This document shows positions 1 to 11,472 of a stretch of DNA of 64,000 bases, piece by piece. The position numbers and the translations under genes were made by a program. This DNA is from Octopus sinensis (lineage: Eukaryota): positions 50,158,001 through 50,222,000 of the forward strand of contig NC_043015.1 in NCBI RefSeq assembly GCF_006345805.1, written 5' to 3'. The notes under the pieces are model-generated. The model was not told where the DNA came from and searched no databases. It was given only the letters and a program-made list of their open reading frames with translations. The first letter of the stretch is position 1. Each line of letters opens with the position of its first letter.

Positions 1-860
1 TGCACAGCGCTCTCAAGCTCTTCATTTAAATCTTGTTTTCTTAGTGATTACCTGACTACAGAACATGGTGCCCTGTCAAAGACCTTCTCCAAGTCAATGA
101 ATGCTAGATAGATACAATTGCTTAAAACTTAGCTAAGTAATATTCTTTTCTACTCTAGGCACAAGGCCCGAAATTTTGGGGGAGGGTCCACTCGATTATA
201 TCAACCCCAGTGCGTAACTGGTACTTAATTTATCGACCCCGAAAGGATGAAAGGCAAAGTCGACCTCGGCGGAATTTGAACTCAGAACGTAACGGCAGAC
301 GAAATACGGCTACGTATTTCGCCCGGCGTGCTAATGTTTCTGCCAATGTCATTGGTATGCTGTCCCAAGCAAAAATCCTAACCATGTTTTATCTAAGCTG
401 ATTCTCTTCCTAATCTGTTGTGCTTTGACTCTTAGTCACCTTCATAAGCTGGGCCATTAGTTTGATGTCACTGTTTTCTTGAATGACTTTGTTCCCTCAG
501 TAGCAGGTGGTAATGATACCACTATGCCAGTCAGTGTGCAGTGACTCCCTATACTAACTGATTGGCTCTCTAAGTGACTAGCTCATCCTGCTTCACCAGA
601 TATCTTCAGCACCTCAGTGACTATCAGGCACTTTCCTTGCCGGCATATCCTTGGTCGTTCTTTTGACCATATAATGCTCAACTTCAATCACTGGTCCTTT
701 TGTTGGAATTACATGGAGTTAACCTTTTCTCCTTCTGTCACTCTCGTTATTTAGTAAACCCCTTCTAGTACCATTTTGATATAAATCTGTCTTCTCGGTG
801 TCAGTATTGCTGTTATTTCTCTACATGTCTTTTGGTAACAGCATTTTGATTGGCACTGAA
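1..860 (-). mobile_element. Degenerate RTE-clade LINE reverse-transcriptase fragment, interrupted by a SINE at about 142-345
   Basis: Minus-strand translation gives LYLAFIDLEKVFDRAPCSVV (1-116) and, across frameshifts, EVLKISGEAG...DWHSGII...IKLMAQLMKVT...QIRKRISLDK (345-700). These are collinear with RTE RT motifs. Confidence 0.8.
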
Positions 861-1115
861 ACACTGCTTTACAATCAGGAATACTTCATGCTTCTGATCT
901 ACTTGTCACTGAATGTTCTTTTCTACTCTAAGCACATGACCTGAAATTTTAGGAGAGGGGTGGGGGGGCAGTTGATTAGATCAACCCCAGTATGCAACTG
1001 GTACTTAATTTATTGACCCCCGAAAGGATAAAAGGCAGAGTTGACCTCAGTGGAACTTGATCTCAGAACATAAAGACAGACAAATTTGTCACTGAATATT
1101 GGCAAACGTCTTAAC

Positions 1116-1956
1116 GGTACTTTTGCTTTATCTCACCCCCATCCCGTTTTATGACAAATATCAGTACTTTTGTTTATCTCCCTCAACTAAAAAAATTGTT
1201 TACAATAAAACAAAAAAAAATGAAATAAATTAATAAACACAAAAGTGAAAAGATTAAATATCGTTTTGAATCTGATAATATTTTTTTATAACAAATCATA
1301 CAAAACTGAAAAAAATCAATAAACATGAAAACTGAAAAAATTAAACATTTTATTGAATCTGATAACATTTTTATAACAAATCGTTCCATTCCTATTGAGG
1401 GGGCCAAATGTCACCAATGTTTTGAAGTAATGGATCAAAAGGATCTAACACTTTTAATCCAATCTCTAGTCGCCACATTAACTTGATTTGGATCTTTTCG
1501 GTTTGAATGGCAGTTTTTCTAGCGGTGTCATGAAATTGTCACCGTTAATTATGACCCTAGTATCGATCTATTGCATTTCAATCTGTTTTAGGGGTGGGGG
1601 AATGGTATCTTTTTTTTCTTCACAAATGTAAATAAACCCAATCTGTTTCTTAAACGAGGGACATTTTCATATGGCACAGAATGTTTTCACCTCAATAGAG
1701 GTCATTGATTGGTTGAAATTGCAGAAATTTAAGAAAAAACAACAACAAATATCTTACAAACTATAGAATTTTCTCAATAAAGCCAAGAGAAAAAGATGTT
1801 TTATAAACACATTCTACCAGTATACGAAATTTAAAAGTGTTTACTTACGTGGAAATTATTTTAAAAAACTGCCATCCAAACCAAAAAGATCCCTCGATTT
1901 TTTAGTGGGGAGATAACCCAATTTTTTTAATGGGGGTAAGATAACCAAAATGTACC
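1116..1956. mobile_element. MITE with about 27-bp TIRs (GGTAC...) carrying a nested MITE
   Basis: GGTACTTTTGCTTTATCTCACCCCCAT at 1116 is near reverse-complementary to ATGGGGGTAAGATAACCAAAATGTACC ending at 1956. Confidence 0.65.
1490..1892. mobile_element. MITE with 30-bp TIRs (GGATCTTTTCGGTTTGAATGGCAGTTTTT) and 8-bp TSD, Merlin-like
   Basis: Terminal inverted repeats at 1490-1518 and 1863-1892. Flanks are CTTGATTT (1482-1489) and CTCGATTT (1893-1900), 7/8 identical. Confidence 0.8.
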
Positions 1957-2676
1957 TTCTTACTTCCAGCTTCCCTCTTTGCTATGTATACTCCTTCTTA
2001 CTTCCAGCTCCCTCTTCAGGCCTTCCCTTTCAACTTTTATGGCTTTACCTTTTGTACTGTTCCCTCATCATGTGACTTTTTATCTAGCTGAAACTGGGTT
2101 CTGTCTGCCGAGCTTGTCCCTGTAGCTCAAACTCTCCTCTATGTTATGATTCAACCTCCTCCTCCTATCTTTCTCCCTTTCTCCATTCTCCTTCTCCTCT
2201 TTCTTCTCTTTCCCTCTTTCTTACTTCTCTTTTTTTCCTCCTAATAAGCATTGCCTTGTACTTCTTGGAATATATATCTGGTGAAGGTTTTTGTCTTTTT
2301 TTTTTTTAGCTTCTATTATTTTCCTTTTACAAATTGTCTTGTGCCTATGAGTCAGATACAGTGATGATCCGACTTCAGGGCAAAAGCCAGGCTTTGTTGA
2401 GTGGTTCATTCTTCACTGCAGAAGGACTTAGTACAAAACAATCAGTTGCCTTTCCCATTTCCTGCTGAATATGAAGGCTATTTGTCTTGTTATATTGTGT
2501 AGGTGGTTGACCAATTTCCTGAAGTTAGCATTGCAAATCAGGTCATTATTCCTAGAATCTTGAGCCATATCTGGTGGATAGGTGATGACATTCAATTTAT
2601 TTAATTTAAGCTTGGAATCTCTAAAGACTGGTGTAGCAATCTTTTTAATGGTTTCATAAATTAATACCGCTTATAA

Positions 2677-3190
2677 GATGGTGAGCTGACAGAATCGTCG
2701 GCACAATAGGCAAAATGTTTAACAGCATTTTGTCTGTCTTTATAGTCTGAGTTCAATTTCTACCGAGGTCAACTTTGCCTTTTGGCTTTTCGGGGGCGAT
2801 GAAATCTTTGCCTTTCATCCTTTTGGGGTCGATGAAATCTTTGCCTTTCATTCTTTCAGGGTCGATGAAAACTTTGCCTTTCATCCTTTTGGGGTCGATG
2901 AAAACTTTGCCTTTCATCCTTTCGGGGTCGATGAAATCTTTGCCTTTCATTCTTTCGAGGTCGATGAAATCTTTGCCTTTCATCTTTTCGGGGTTGATGA
3001 AATCTTTGCCTTTCATCCTTTCGGGATCAATGAAATCTTTGCCTTTCATCCTTTCGGGGTCAATGAAATCTTTGCCTTTCATCCTTTCGGGGTCAATGAA
3101 ATAACCAGCAGTTAAACACTAGGGTAAATGTAATTGACTGACCCCTTTTCTGAAATTTCAAGCCTTGTGCCTAAAGTGAAGAGGATAATT
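2677..3190 (+). mobile_element. tRNA-derived SINE (family B) with an internal 33-bp tandem expansion
   Basis: Head GGTGAGCTGACAGAATCG, B-box-like GAGTTCAATTTC and body CTTTGCCTTTCATCCTTTCGGGGTCGAT. Other family-B copies lie at about 142-345(-), 920-1080(-), 25080-25230(+), 25260-25460(-) and 58530-58752(+). Confidence 0.8.
2770..3102. repeat. 33-bp minisatellite, about 10 copies
   Basis: Unit GAAATCTTTGCCTTTCATCCTTTCGGGGTCGAT repeated; it produces the periodic ORFs (MKGKDFIDPER)n and (MKSLPFILSGS)n. Confidence 0.95.
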
Positions 3191-3338
3191 AATACACCTT
3201 ATCAATTCTTATCTGTAATTTATTATTAAAAAAGGAAAAATAAAAAAGGGGTAAAAAGTATCACTAATGCTGTGAATATATTTTGGATTAAATCCTTATG
3301 AGATGATTTGATAATATCGGTTAAGATTATTCTCTGGG

Positions 3339-3567
3339 TTAACCCTTTCGTTACTGTATTTATTTTGAGATGCTCTGTGTTTCTCTCAATTATTTTAGAT
3401 ATAACAAAGAATTTTGTAAAATAACTTAGTTATCATTAAGCTAGTGTTAGGAACATAAATTGTGACTAAGGTTTGGGGGCAGATCTTAATACAAAACTTA
3501 TGAAAACAAGGCATTTGTATTACAGAGCCAGAGGCAGTTTGAGCTGGGTTAGTAACGGAAGGGTTAA
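3339..3567. mobile_element. piggyBac-type MITE
   Basis: TTAA|CCCTTTCGTTAC ... GTAACGGAAGGG|TTAA; a second copy lies at 19452-19679. Confidence 0.85.
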
Positions 3568-4549
3568 TTTAATACAACAACAAAAGGAGGGAAAAAGCAT
3601 TATATGAATTATAATTATATTGTAATTATTTTACTTCATTTCACCTTGGTGTTATATTTGTTTCGATTGATCTGAAATTGTGTGTTGCTAATTAAACAAT
3701 TATATCAGGGGAAAGCCCGTGACCAGGTCATAGATTTATGTTTTTCAACATTTTGTAGTATATATATTACTAAATAATGAGTGTATGTATGTGTTTTGTC
3801 TGTATTTGTGTGTGTGTATACATATGATGCAATTGGTTTAACAAGATTCATTTTGATTTTCTTTTTCCCATGATGCATAAAATAATGCAGGGTGTTATTG
3901 TGCTAGAGTTTGTTTTTGCCGGAGCAAAAGTGGCCCAGTTGACAAAGTAGTGAAACACGTCCATATTGGTCACAAGTTCAAATCCAGTGTTGATGTTAGG
4001 AAGGGCATCCATTGATAGTAACCATGCCGTTGCTGACACAGAAGACACAGGATCCTATTGAACCATCCGATCCATCCTAGTATGCGAATGGTGATATGAA
4101 TTGATGATGAGTCCATGAGTGGTGACTGAGACCTTTGATGATATGCTGTGCTTGAGAAGACTTGTCAAGTCAAGTGAAATCATAGTCATGGTCATTCGCA
4201 GTGTCATGTGAATGGCACCCATAAAATCATTATCATGGCCATTGCTGGTTGCATGGGCTTCAAATGTCAGTCCTCGTGGAGGCAATGTCAAGTGACTGAG
4301 ACCTTTGGCAATATGGTCAACTTTGCCTTTCATTCTTTTGGAGTTGATAAATTAAGTACCAGTTGCATACTGGGGTTGATCTAATCAACTGGCTCCCTCC
4401 CCCAAAATTTCGAGCCAAGTGAAATCGTAGTTGTAGCCATTGCCAGTGTCATGTGAATGACACCCATTACACTCTCAGAGTAGTTGGCATTAGGAAGGGG
4501 CATCCAGCTGTAGAAACCATGCCAAATCAGACTGGAACCTGGTGCAGCT

Positions 4550-4780
4550 CTCTGGATCAGTGTCCTCCAGTCGGTTCTATCCTGGGCCGCTTCTTTCAGA
4601 TTGGTTATGTCCATTCCGGTATCACTCTTGATGGTGTCAAGCCAGCGGGTTCTTGGTCGGCTTCTTCCTCTCTTGCCACTGACCATTCCAAGCATGATGT
4701 CCTTCTCCAGGGATTTTCTCCGCATAATATGACCAAAATATGCCAATCTATGCTTGGTGATCCTAGCTTCTACCTGTTGA
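4550..4780 (-). mobile_element. RTE/BovB-like LINE 3' coding fragment
   Basis: Translates QQVEARITKHRLAYFGHIMRRKSLEKDIMLGMVSGKRGRSRPRTRWLDTIKSDTGMDITNLKEAAQDRTDWR, a typical RTE C-terminal region. Confidence 0.85.
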
Positions 4781-4980
4781 GAATAAACATTAAATCATCC
4801 GTGATGGTTACCTAGGATAGATTAAAATAAAATCAAAGTAAATATTTACTCCCTCATTCTCTTCTTGCAATGGAAATAACGCCGACCGAGCCAGTGAGGA
4901 AGCCAATACATGGTCGCTTGATCTACTAGAAATAGCAGCGAAGTCTCTCAAATTACAATTCTCCCATCTTCTAAAGAGAA

Positions 4981-5345
4981 AGTCACATTGGACTGTGGCC
5001 ATACTGGGGCATCACCTTGAAGGGGTTAGGCAAACAAATTAACCACAGTACCTTTTTTTTTTTAAACCTGGTACTTATTCTATCAGTTTCTTATGCTGAA
5101 CTGCTAAGTTATGAGGATGTAAACAAACCAACACCAGTTGTGAAACTGGTTGAGATACAAACACAGACATACATATATATATTATATGCTGTGGGCTTCT
5201 TTCAGTTTCCATCTTGCAAATCTACTCACATACTTTTGATTGGCCTGAGCCTATAATAGATGACGCTTATCGTAGGTGCCATGCAGTGGGACTGAACCTG
5301 GAACTGTGTGGTCAAGAAACAAACTTCTTACCACACAGCCATGCC
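4981..5345 (-). mobile_element. tRNA-derived CORE-like SINE (family A), degraded copy
   Basis: Reverse complement of the family-A consensus (GGTAAGAAGTTTG head, GCACCT..G..AAG.GTC CORE-like box, GATGGAAACTGAAAGAAGCCC, 3' GCATGGCCACAGTC). Confidence 0.75.
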
Positions 5346-5725
5346 TACCTTGGAAAAAAATGAAGTTGGGTTGGTCATGCCTGGAATGCCTTTGATCATA
5401 GGCCTGCACAATCAGGACTAAATAACAGCACTGGCTTTTCATATAGTCTTTCAAACTTGAAAGACATTTCTTCAAAAATAAAAAATAAAAGATAAAGAAC
5501 AGAAAAAAACTTAACCATCTTTCCTTTCAAACATTGGCTTGGTGCCGAGTCGGAAGAAATCAATATATTTGACTGCACATTCACTCTAGAAGATCAATAA
5601 TCTTGATGTATTGGTAACATTTAAACCACAAAATGTCGCTGTTCAGTGATTATCGGAAATCTTATTCCACCATTATTACAGGTGTCTTACTTTTTTATTG
5701 TTAGTGTTAGTGAGATATTGCTTAG

Positions 5726-5740
5726 CAGTGTGTGTATACA

Positions 5741-5788
<48 letters not shown>

Positions 5789-6497
5789 TGTATGTGTGTG
5801 TGCATATATGTATATATGTGTATATGTATGTGTGTGTGCATATATGTATATATGTGTATATATATGTGTGTGTGCATATATGTATATATGTGTATATATA
5901 TGTGTGTGTGCATATATGTATATATGTGTATATATATGTGTGTGCATATATGTATATATGTGTATATGTATGTGTGTGTGCATATATGTATATATGTGTA
6001 TATATATGTGTGTGTGCATATATGTATATATGTGTATATATATGTGTGTGTGCATATATGTATATATGTGTGTGTGCATATATGTATATATGTATGCATA
6101 TATATATATGTGTGTGTGTGCATATATGTATATATGTGTATATATATGTGTGTGTGCATATATGTATATATGTGTATATATATGTGTGTGTGCATATATG
6201 TATATATGTGTATATATATGTGTGTGTGCATATATGTATATATGTGTGTGTGCATATATGTATATATGTGTATATATATGTGTGTGTGCATATATGTATA
6301 TATGTGTATATATATATATGTGTGTGTGTATATATGTATGCATATATATATGTGTGTGTGTATATATGTATATATGTATGCATATATGTATATATATATG
6401 TGTGTGTGTATATATGTGTAGGTATATATATATGTATGTGTTGGTGTATATATGTGTATATAGGTGTGTATGTATGTATATATATGTGTGTGTATAT
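5726..6497. repeat. Compound (TA)/(TG)/GCA higher-order microsatellite
   Basis: Repeating GTGTGTGCATATATGTATATATGTGTATATATAT-like units; the six overlapping His/Ile/Tyr/Cys/Val ORFs are artefacts. Confidence 0.97.
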
Positions 6498-7162
6498 CAA
6501 ATATGATATAATGATACACTCTACACTTTATTTTCTTCTTTTATTGAGAGAATAAATTAGATAATGATAGTTATTAATCGGAATTTTTTCAGTTAATATT
6601 GCAGACATTTACTTACAAATTGCATTAAAAAATATACTATAAATTCTTGCAGACATTTAGCGATAAATTTGGTTTGAAATAACACTATAGACTCAAATAT
6701 CGATATTTGATATTGGCCCAAAGCCCACAAATTGTGAACTTGCTGAATCGTTAGCACACCAGGCACGTCTAGTGGTATTTCATCTGACTTAATATTCTGT
6801 GTTGAGATTCTGCTGTAGACAACTTTTGCCTTTTATGCTTTTGGAATCGATAAACTAAGTACCATTTGAGTACTGTGGGTTGATGTAACTGAAACTGTAG
6901 GCCTTGTGCTAAAATTTGAAACTAATAAATAAATATATATATATATAAAGATTATAAAAAAACTACCTTTTGTCAATTCAAAATGAATAATTAAATTACA
7001 CCATCTACAAAATTATATATAATAGAAATATTAAAACTAAAATAACAGTAATATACTGATGATTAAGTAAATTAAGTAAAGATATTATATTTTGTGAAAT
7101 TTGAATTAGTATTTCTAAATTGAATTTTTCCCTGTAAGTTAGGAATAATATTCCCTCAAATA

Positions 7163-7216
<54 letters not shown>

Positions 7217-7432
7217 CTTGCTTCCTTATCTCATAGTGACACCTTGGGCAAGTGTCTTCTACTATAGCCACAGCCTTGTGAGTGGATTTGGTAGATGGAA
7301 ACTGAAAAGAATCGTGTTGTGTGATGATATATATATAATGATGATGATATATATATATATATGATGATGATATATAATTATATATATATATATATATGAT
7401 GATGATATATAATTATATATATATATATATAT

Positions 7433-7830
7433 ATGATGATATTCGTCCTGTCGAAAGACGCTTGTCCTGACGTCCTGGTCTTGTTATTATTGTTTTTACG
7501 TTATTGTGTATTCTTATCCGTGCTATCGTTATTGTTTTTACGTATTTTTGAATTTTTTTCGAGTAACATCGTCCATTTTTCCGTCACCGTGTTGTATACT
7601 TTCGAGGTTTTCTTCCAAGGAATCTAATGCGACTGGCTTAGATTTCCCTTGGCGGGCTGCCCAGATTGGAGCAATCTCAAGATTAATCAGCCGAAATTGC
7701 GAAGATGATCTGGTTCTTGACTGATGACTGAGAGCTTCGAAAGTCCCGTCTGTGTGTTTTTCTGTCGTCTTCAAAATGTTTCACGTTCTTGTCCCAGTTT
7801 GTGTTTTTTTTTAACGTTTACATATATATA
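7433..7830 (+). mobile_element. Penelope-like (pLTR-type) repeat fragment inserted in the (TA)n tract of a SINE
   Basis: Shares CTTAG..TTCCTTGG.GGCTG.CCAGATTGGAGCAATCTC...CAGCCGAAATTGC...TTGACTGANGA with copies at 33470-33640(+), 33700-33900(-) and 44720-44935(-). All lie next to (TA)n. The Penelope assignment is an inference. Confidence 0.5.
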
Positions 7831-8214
7831 AACATATATATACATATGTTTTTGTGTCTGAAATCCGTCATGTATGTATATATATGTGTGTGTGTCTGTG
7901 TTTGTTCCCCCCACCATCACTTTACAACCGATGCTGGTGTTGTTTATGTCCTCGTAACTTAGCAGTTCAGCAAAAAAGCCCAATAGAAATAAGTACTATG
8001 CTTACAAAGAATAAGTTCTGGGCTCAATTTGTTCAACTAAATGCAGTGCTGCAGCATGGCCTCAGTCAAATGACTGCAGCAAATAAAAGAATAGTGTATG
8101 TGAATTTTTATATTTTAATTTATGGTAGTATTCTGTCTTTGGTGGGTATTTCTCTGAATGTACCATTTCTATTATTGTGCCATTTGATTTTCACTTGATT
8201 TTTCTTTTTTCCAG

Positions 8215-8396
8215 AATATAATGCATCTAAATACGATTTAGATTATGAAAACTGTAATGCTATTAGTGGTGAAAGGGAGACAAACAAAGACAAACCCTGT
8301 CTGTTTGATCCTCACTCCTTGAATGCCCCTTGCTTAGCTGAGCCAGATTATGGTTACAGGTCAGGCACCCCTTGTGTTCTTCTTAAACTGAACAAG
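8215..8396 (+). CDS. Na+/K+-ATPase beta subunit, internal coding exon (third from last)
   Basis: Polypyrimidine tract plus CAG at 8201-8214 and donor AAG|GTAAGA at 8396/8397. Translates xYNASKYDLDYENCNAISGERETNKDKPCLFDPHSLNAPCLAEPDYGYRSGTPCVLLKLNK, with the family motif C...YGY..G.PCVLLKLNK, four of the six conserved ectodomain Cys and an NAS glycosylation sequon. Confidence 0.96.
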
Positions 8397-8896
8397 GTAA
8401 GAAATATCGAATTTTCAATTGTCTTCTATTATATATACACACACACACGTATATATTCCAAGAGAGTTGAGGTTGTGAATCCAACCAACTAAGGGATAAT
8501 ATCTATCCAATATACTGTTTGTAGAATACCCAATTATTAACACGCAAGTGTTTTTTCATTGCATGGCAATTACACTACTGAATGTAATAAATGGGCAAGG
8601 GTAAAAAGTTGTTTTACCCTTAATTTATACAGCAATAAGAAAATGGAGGGATCAAGAGTTGGTATTCATCAACTTTTAGACGTTATATTAGGTCTATTTA
8701 TTTATTTTTTCTATATTCTACTTTCTATGCTCTACGTTAAATATTTTAATAATTACTGGTATTTTTATATATTATATATGTAAAGCATAATATGTTATAC
8801 ATTTATGTATATTGTTATAATTGTTTTTTTAAAAAAAAATAAATAGACATAATATAATGTCTAAAAGTTGATGAATACCACCACTTGATCTCCTCC

Positions 8897-8935
<39 letters not shown>

Positions 8936-9450
8936 AAATAAGAAAATGGAGAAATACATCCAAATCAAATATCAATTACCAGGTAATACCCAATCACATA
9001 CTTTATTAAACCACTACATAAGAAACTTTAAGGTCAAACAATAATATAGAACAAAACAGCTGTAAGATGTTGTTTATATTTATATTCTCTTATACGTATT
9101 GTACTTATTGTATCATATTACTCCTTTATGTACACTCCTTTATGTCAAAAGTTTTGTCATATATTATTATGTTTGATCTTAAAGTTTCTTATGTAGTGGT
9201 TTAATAAAGTATGTGATTGGGTATTATCTGGTAGTTGATATTTGATTTGGATGTATTTCTCCATTTTCTTATTTTGTATTATGAATTTGTGGTAAAACAT
9301 TTTACCTTTGCCCATATAATACAGTAAATGAATTAATTGCATCACAATTCTTAACATTTATGTATTAACTTTGTTGGGTACTTCACTAGCAGTATATTGG
9401 ATATATGTTATCCCATGGAGGGTTGCATTTACAACCCCTATCTCAATTTG

Positions 9451-9510
<60 letters not shown>

Positions 9511-10153
9511 CGAGCTTCTTTCAGTTTCCATCTACCAAATCCACTCACAAGGCTTTGGTCAGCTCGAAGCTATAGTAGAAGACACTTACCCATGGTGTTA
9601 CACAGTGGGACTGAACCCAGAACCATGTGGTTGGTAAGCAAGCTACTTACCATACAGCCACTCTTGTGCCTATCAACAAATATTTTTAAATATGTCATCA
9701 CTATTGACGCGATTAATAGTTTAAACATTTCTAAATGCTTCTTTTTGGAACGTTGGATCCTGAAGCAGATAAGCTATAAATGCTAGCTTCTGAATATTGG
9801 ATAGAAAATGTTGAAGGCTTCAACTTTTTCTCCCCAAAGGGCTTTTTGATCCACCATTTCCATATTTTTATTCTATAAGATCTATGTTAGATCTTATTTG
9901 CTTCAAGATCTAATATTCCTAAACAAAATTATTTCATATTTCTCTCTTTTTCTCTTTTACTTGTTTCCATTATTTGGACTGTGGCCATGCTGCAGCACCG
10001 GAACTTTATAAATTTTTACATCATTTCTAGATGTATTTTTGTATATTTTGTAATGATTACTTCCCATTGTATTTCTGGGTTTTTTTTCTTCTTCTTTTTT
10101 TACTTTATGTTATTAAAAATAAATAAAATTGAATTCCATTCTTTTTATTGCAG

Positions 10154-10255
10154 ATCTACGACTGGATTCCAGAGCCATTTGGCAATGACTCAGTGCCAGA
10201 AGATGCTCGTGACAACTGGGATAGTTCTTACATTACTGTAACTTGTCGCGGTGAA
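10154..10255 (+). CDS. Na+/K+-ATPase beta subunit, penultimate coding exon
   Basis: Acceptor ctttttattgcag and donor GAA|GTTAGT; 102 nt, phase 0 to 0. Translates IYDWIPEPFGNDSVPEDARDNWDSSYITVTCRGE, continuing LKLNK-IYDWIPE and ending in the conserved V.C.GE motif. Confidence 0.95.
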
Positions 10256-10904
10256 GTTAGTGTCATATTTTAAATCCATTTTCTTCGTTGCTAATTCCTT
10301 CTTATTTTATTGGGTTTATTAAGACTTGATTTAAAGCAATGATTGGATCCCTCTGATTCCTACTCCACTCTACTGGACCCCTATAGCCATTCAATTGTAT
10401 AAAAAGAAATCCTGCTGTATTTTTATTACTAAGTATTATTAGGAATTACTTGCAAAAAAACTAAATTATTTTGTGTATTGCAAAAGCATAAGAGATTTAT
10501 TGCACATTAATTTTAACAACAAAATCTTACATGCACCCCCAAAGGGTCATATAAGACCCCAGTTGAGGACCATTGGTTTAAAGAATCATTTACCCTGGCC
10601 AAATTGGTCTATCATTTTTATGTTCAAATTGGCCAGATCCATCTTTTCACACTTACCCTACAATGTCACTCTTAAAATAAAACAATCACATCATCAGAAT
10701 CTTGAAGCTACAAGGTGATGCATGATTAATTTTTAAAGATGTGAATAAATAAACATTACATTCGACAGTTGTTTGCCGAAACAAGATAAAACAAAAGATT
10801 GTAAAATATTGTATTAATTAACGAGTAAAGAATTTTAGTGCAAGACTGCTGATTAGCATCTTGATTGGTCAAAGGTGGCTGGAATTGCAAATAGGCAAGT
10901 TTAT

Positions 10905-11250
10905 TCTTCTTCTTCTTGTTTTGAGACAGCATTCACCTGGGGCGGGTTGAGCTGGCTTCATTCATCCTCAGTGCTGCATCTCTCACAAACGCCAATCAGG
11001 CCTGGCGATTTGAGGCTAATGACTGCGTGATTTCCAACCACTCATTATTCCAGCGGTGAACACCGTAAACATGGGGGGCTAGGTTGGGTTCCAGATCAGC
11101 CTTGTCTGTCATCAGCCAGGTTTTTCATTGTCCACCACATCATTTACACCAACCCTGAAGGGGAGCTGGGGCAATTGCTTTGTAGATGTATTCTCCCGGT
11201 TGATGACGGAGGGCATGACCCAGCCAACGCAGATGTCTCGTTAGGATGAC
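10905..11250 (-). mobile_element. RTE-clade LINE 3' end with (AGA)n tail
   Basis: Translates VILTRHLRWLGHALRH..., then across a frameshift GGQ*KTWLMTDKADLEPNLAPHVYGVHRWNNEWLEITQSLASNRQA, followed by an AAGAAGAAG tail. Confidence 0.8.
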
Positions 11251-11472
11251 ATATACACACATATATATATACATATATACAACGGGCTTCTTTTAGTTTC
11301 TCTCTACCAAATCCGCTCACAAGGTTTTGGTCAGCCTGAGGCTATAGTAGAAGACACTTGTCCAAGATGCCATGCAGTGGGACTGAACCCAGAACCATGT
11401 GGTTGGTAAGCAAGCTACTTACCACACAGCCACTCCTGCGCCTGTAATAATAATTTATTCATTTGATTTAAG

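Noticed and set aside
5521-5700. Candidate upstream ATPase beta exon (contains FKPQ)
   Set aside because: There is an in-frame stop and no GLGFRP or transmembrane context.
5646-6555. Several 218-286 aa ORFs
   Set aside because: They are translations of a TA/TG compound microsatellite, open in most frames on both strands.
7690-7760. CTGANGA plus GAA(A/T) motif in the repeat family also at about 33570, 33790 and 44810
   Set aside because: CUGANGA is retained in all four copies, but I could not close helix I and helix III in any valid hammerhead topology, so it is not counted as a ribozyme.
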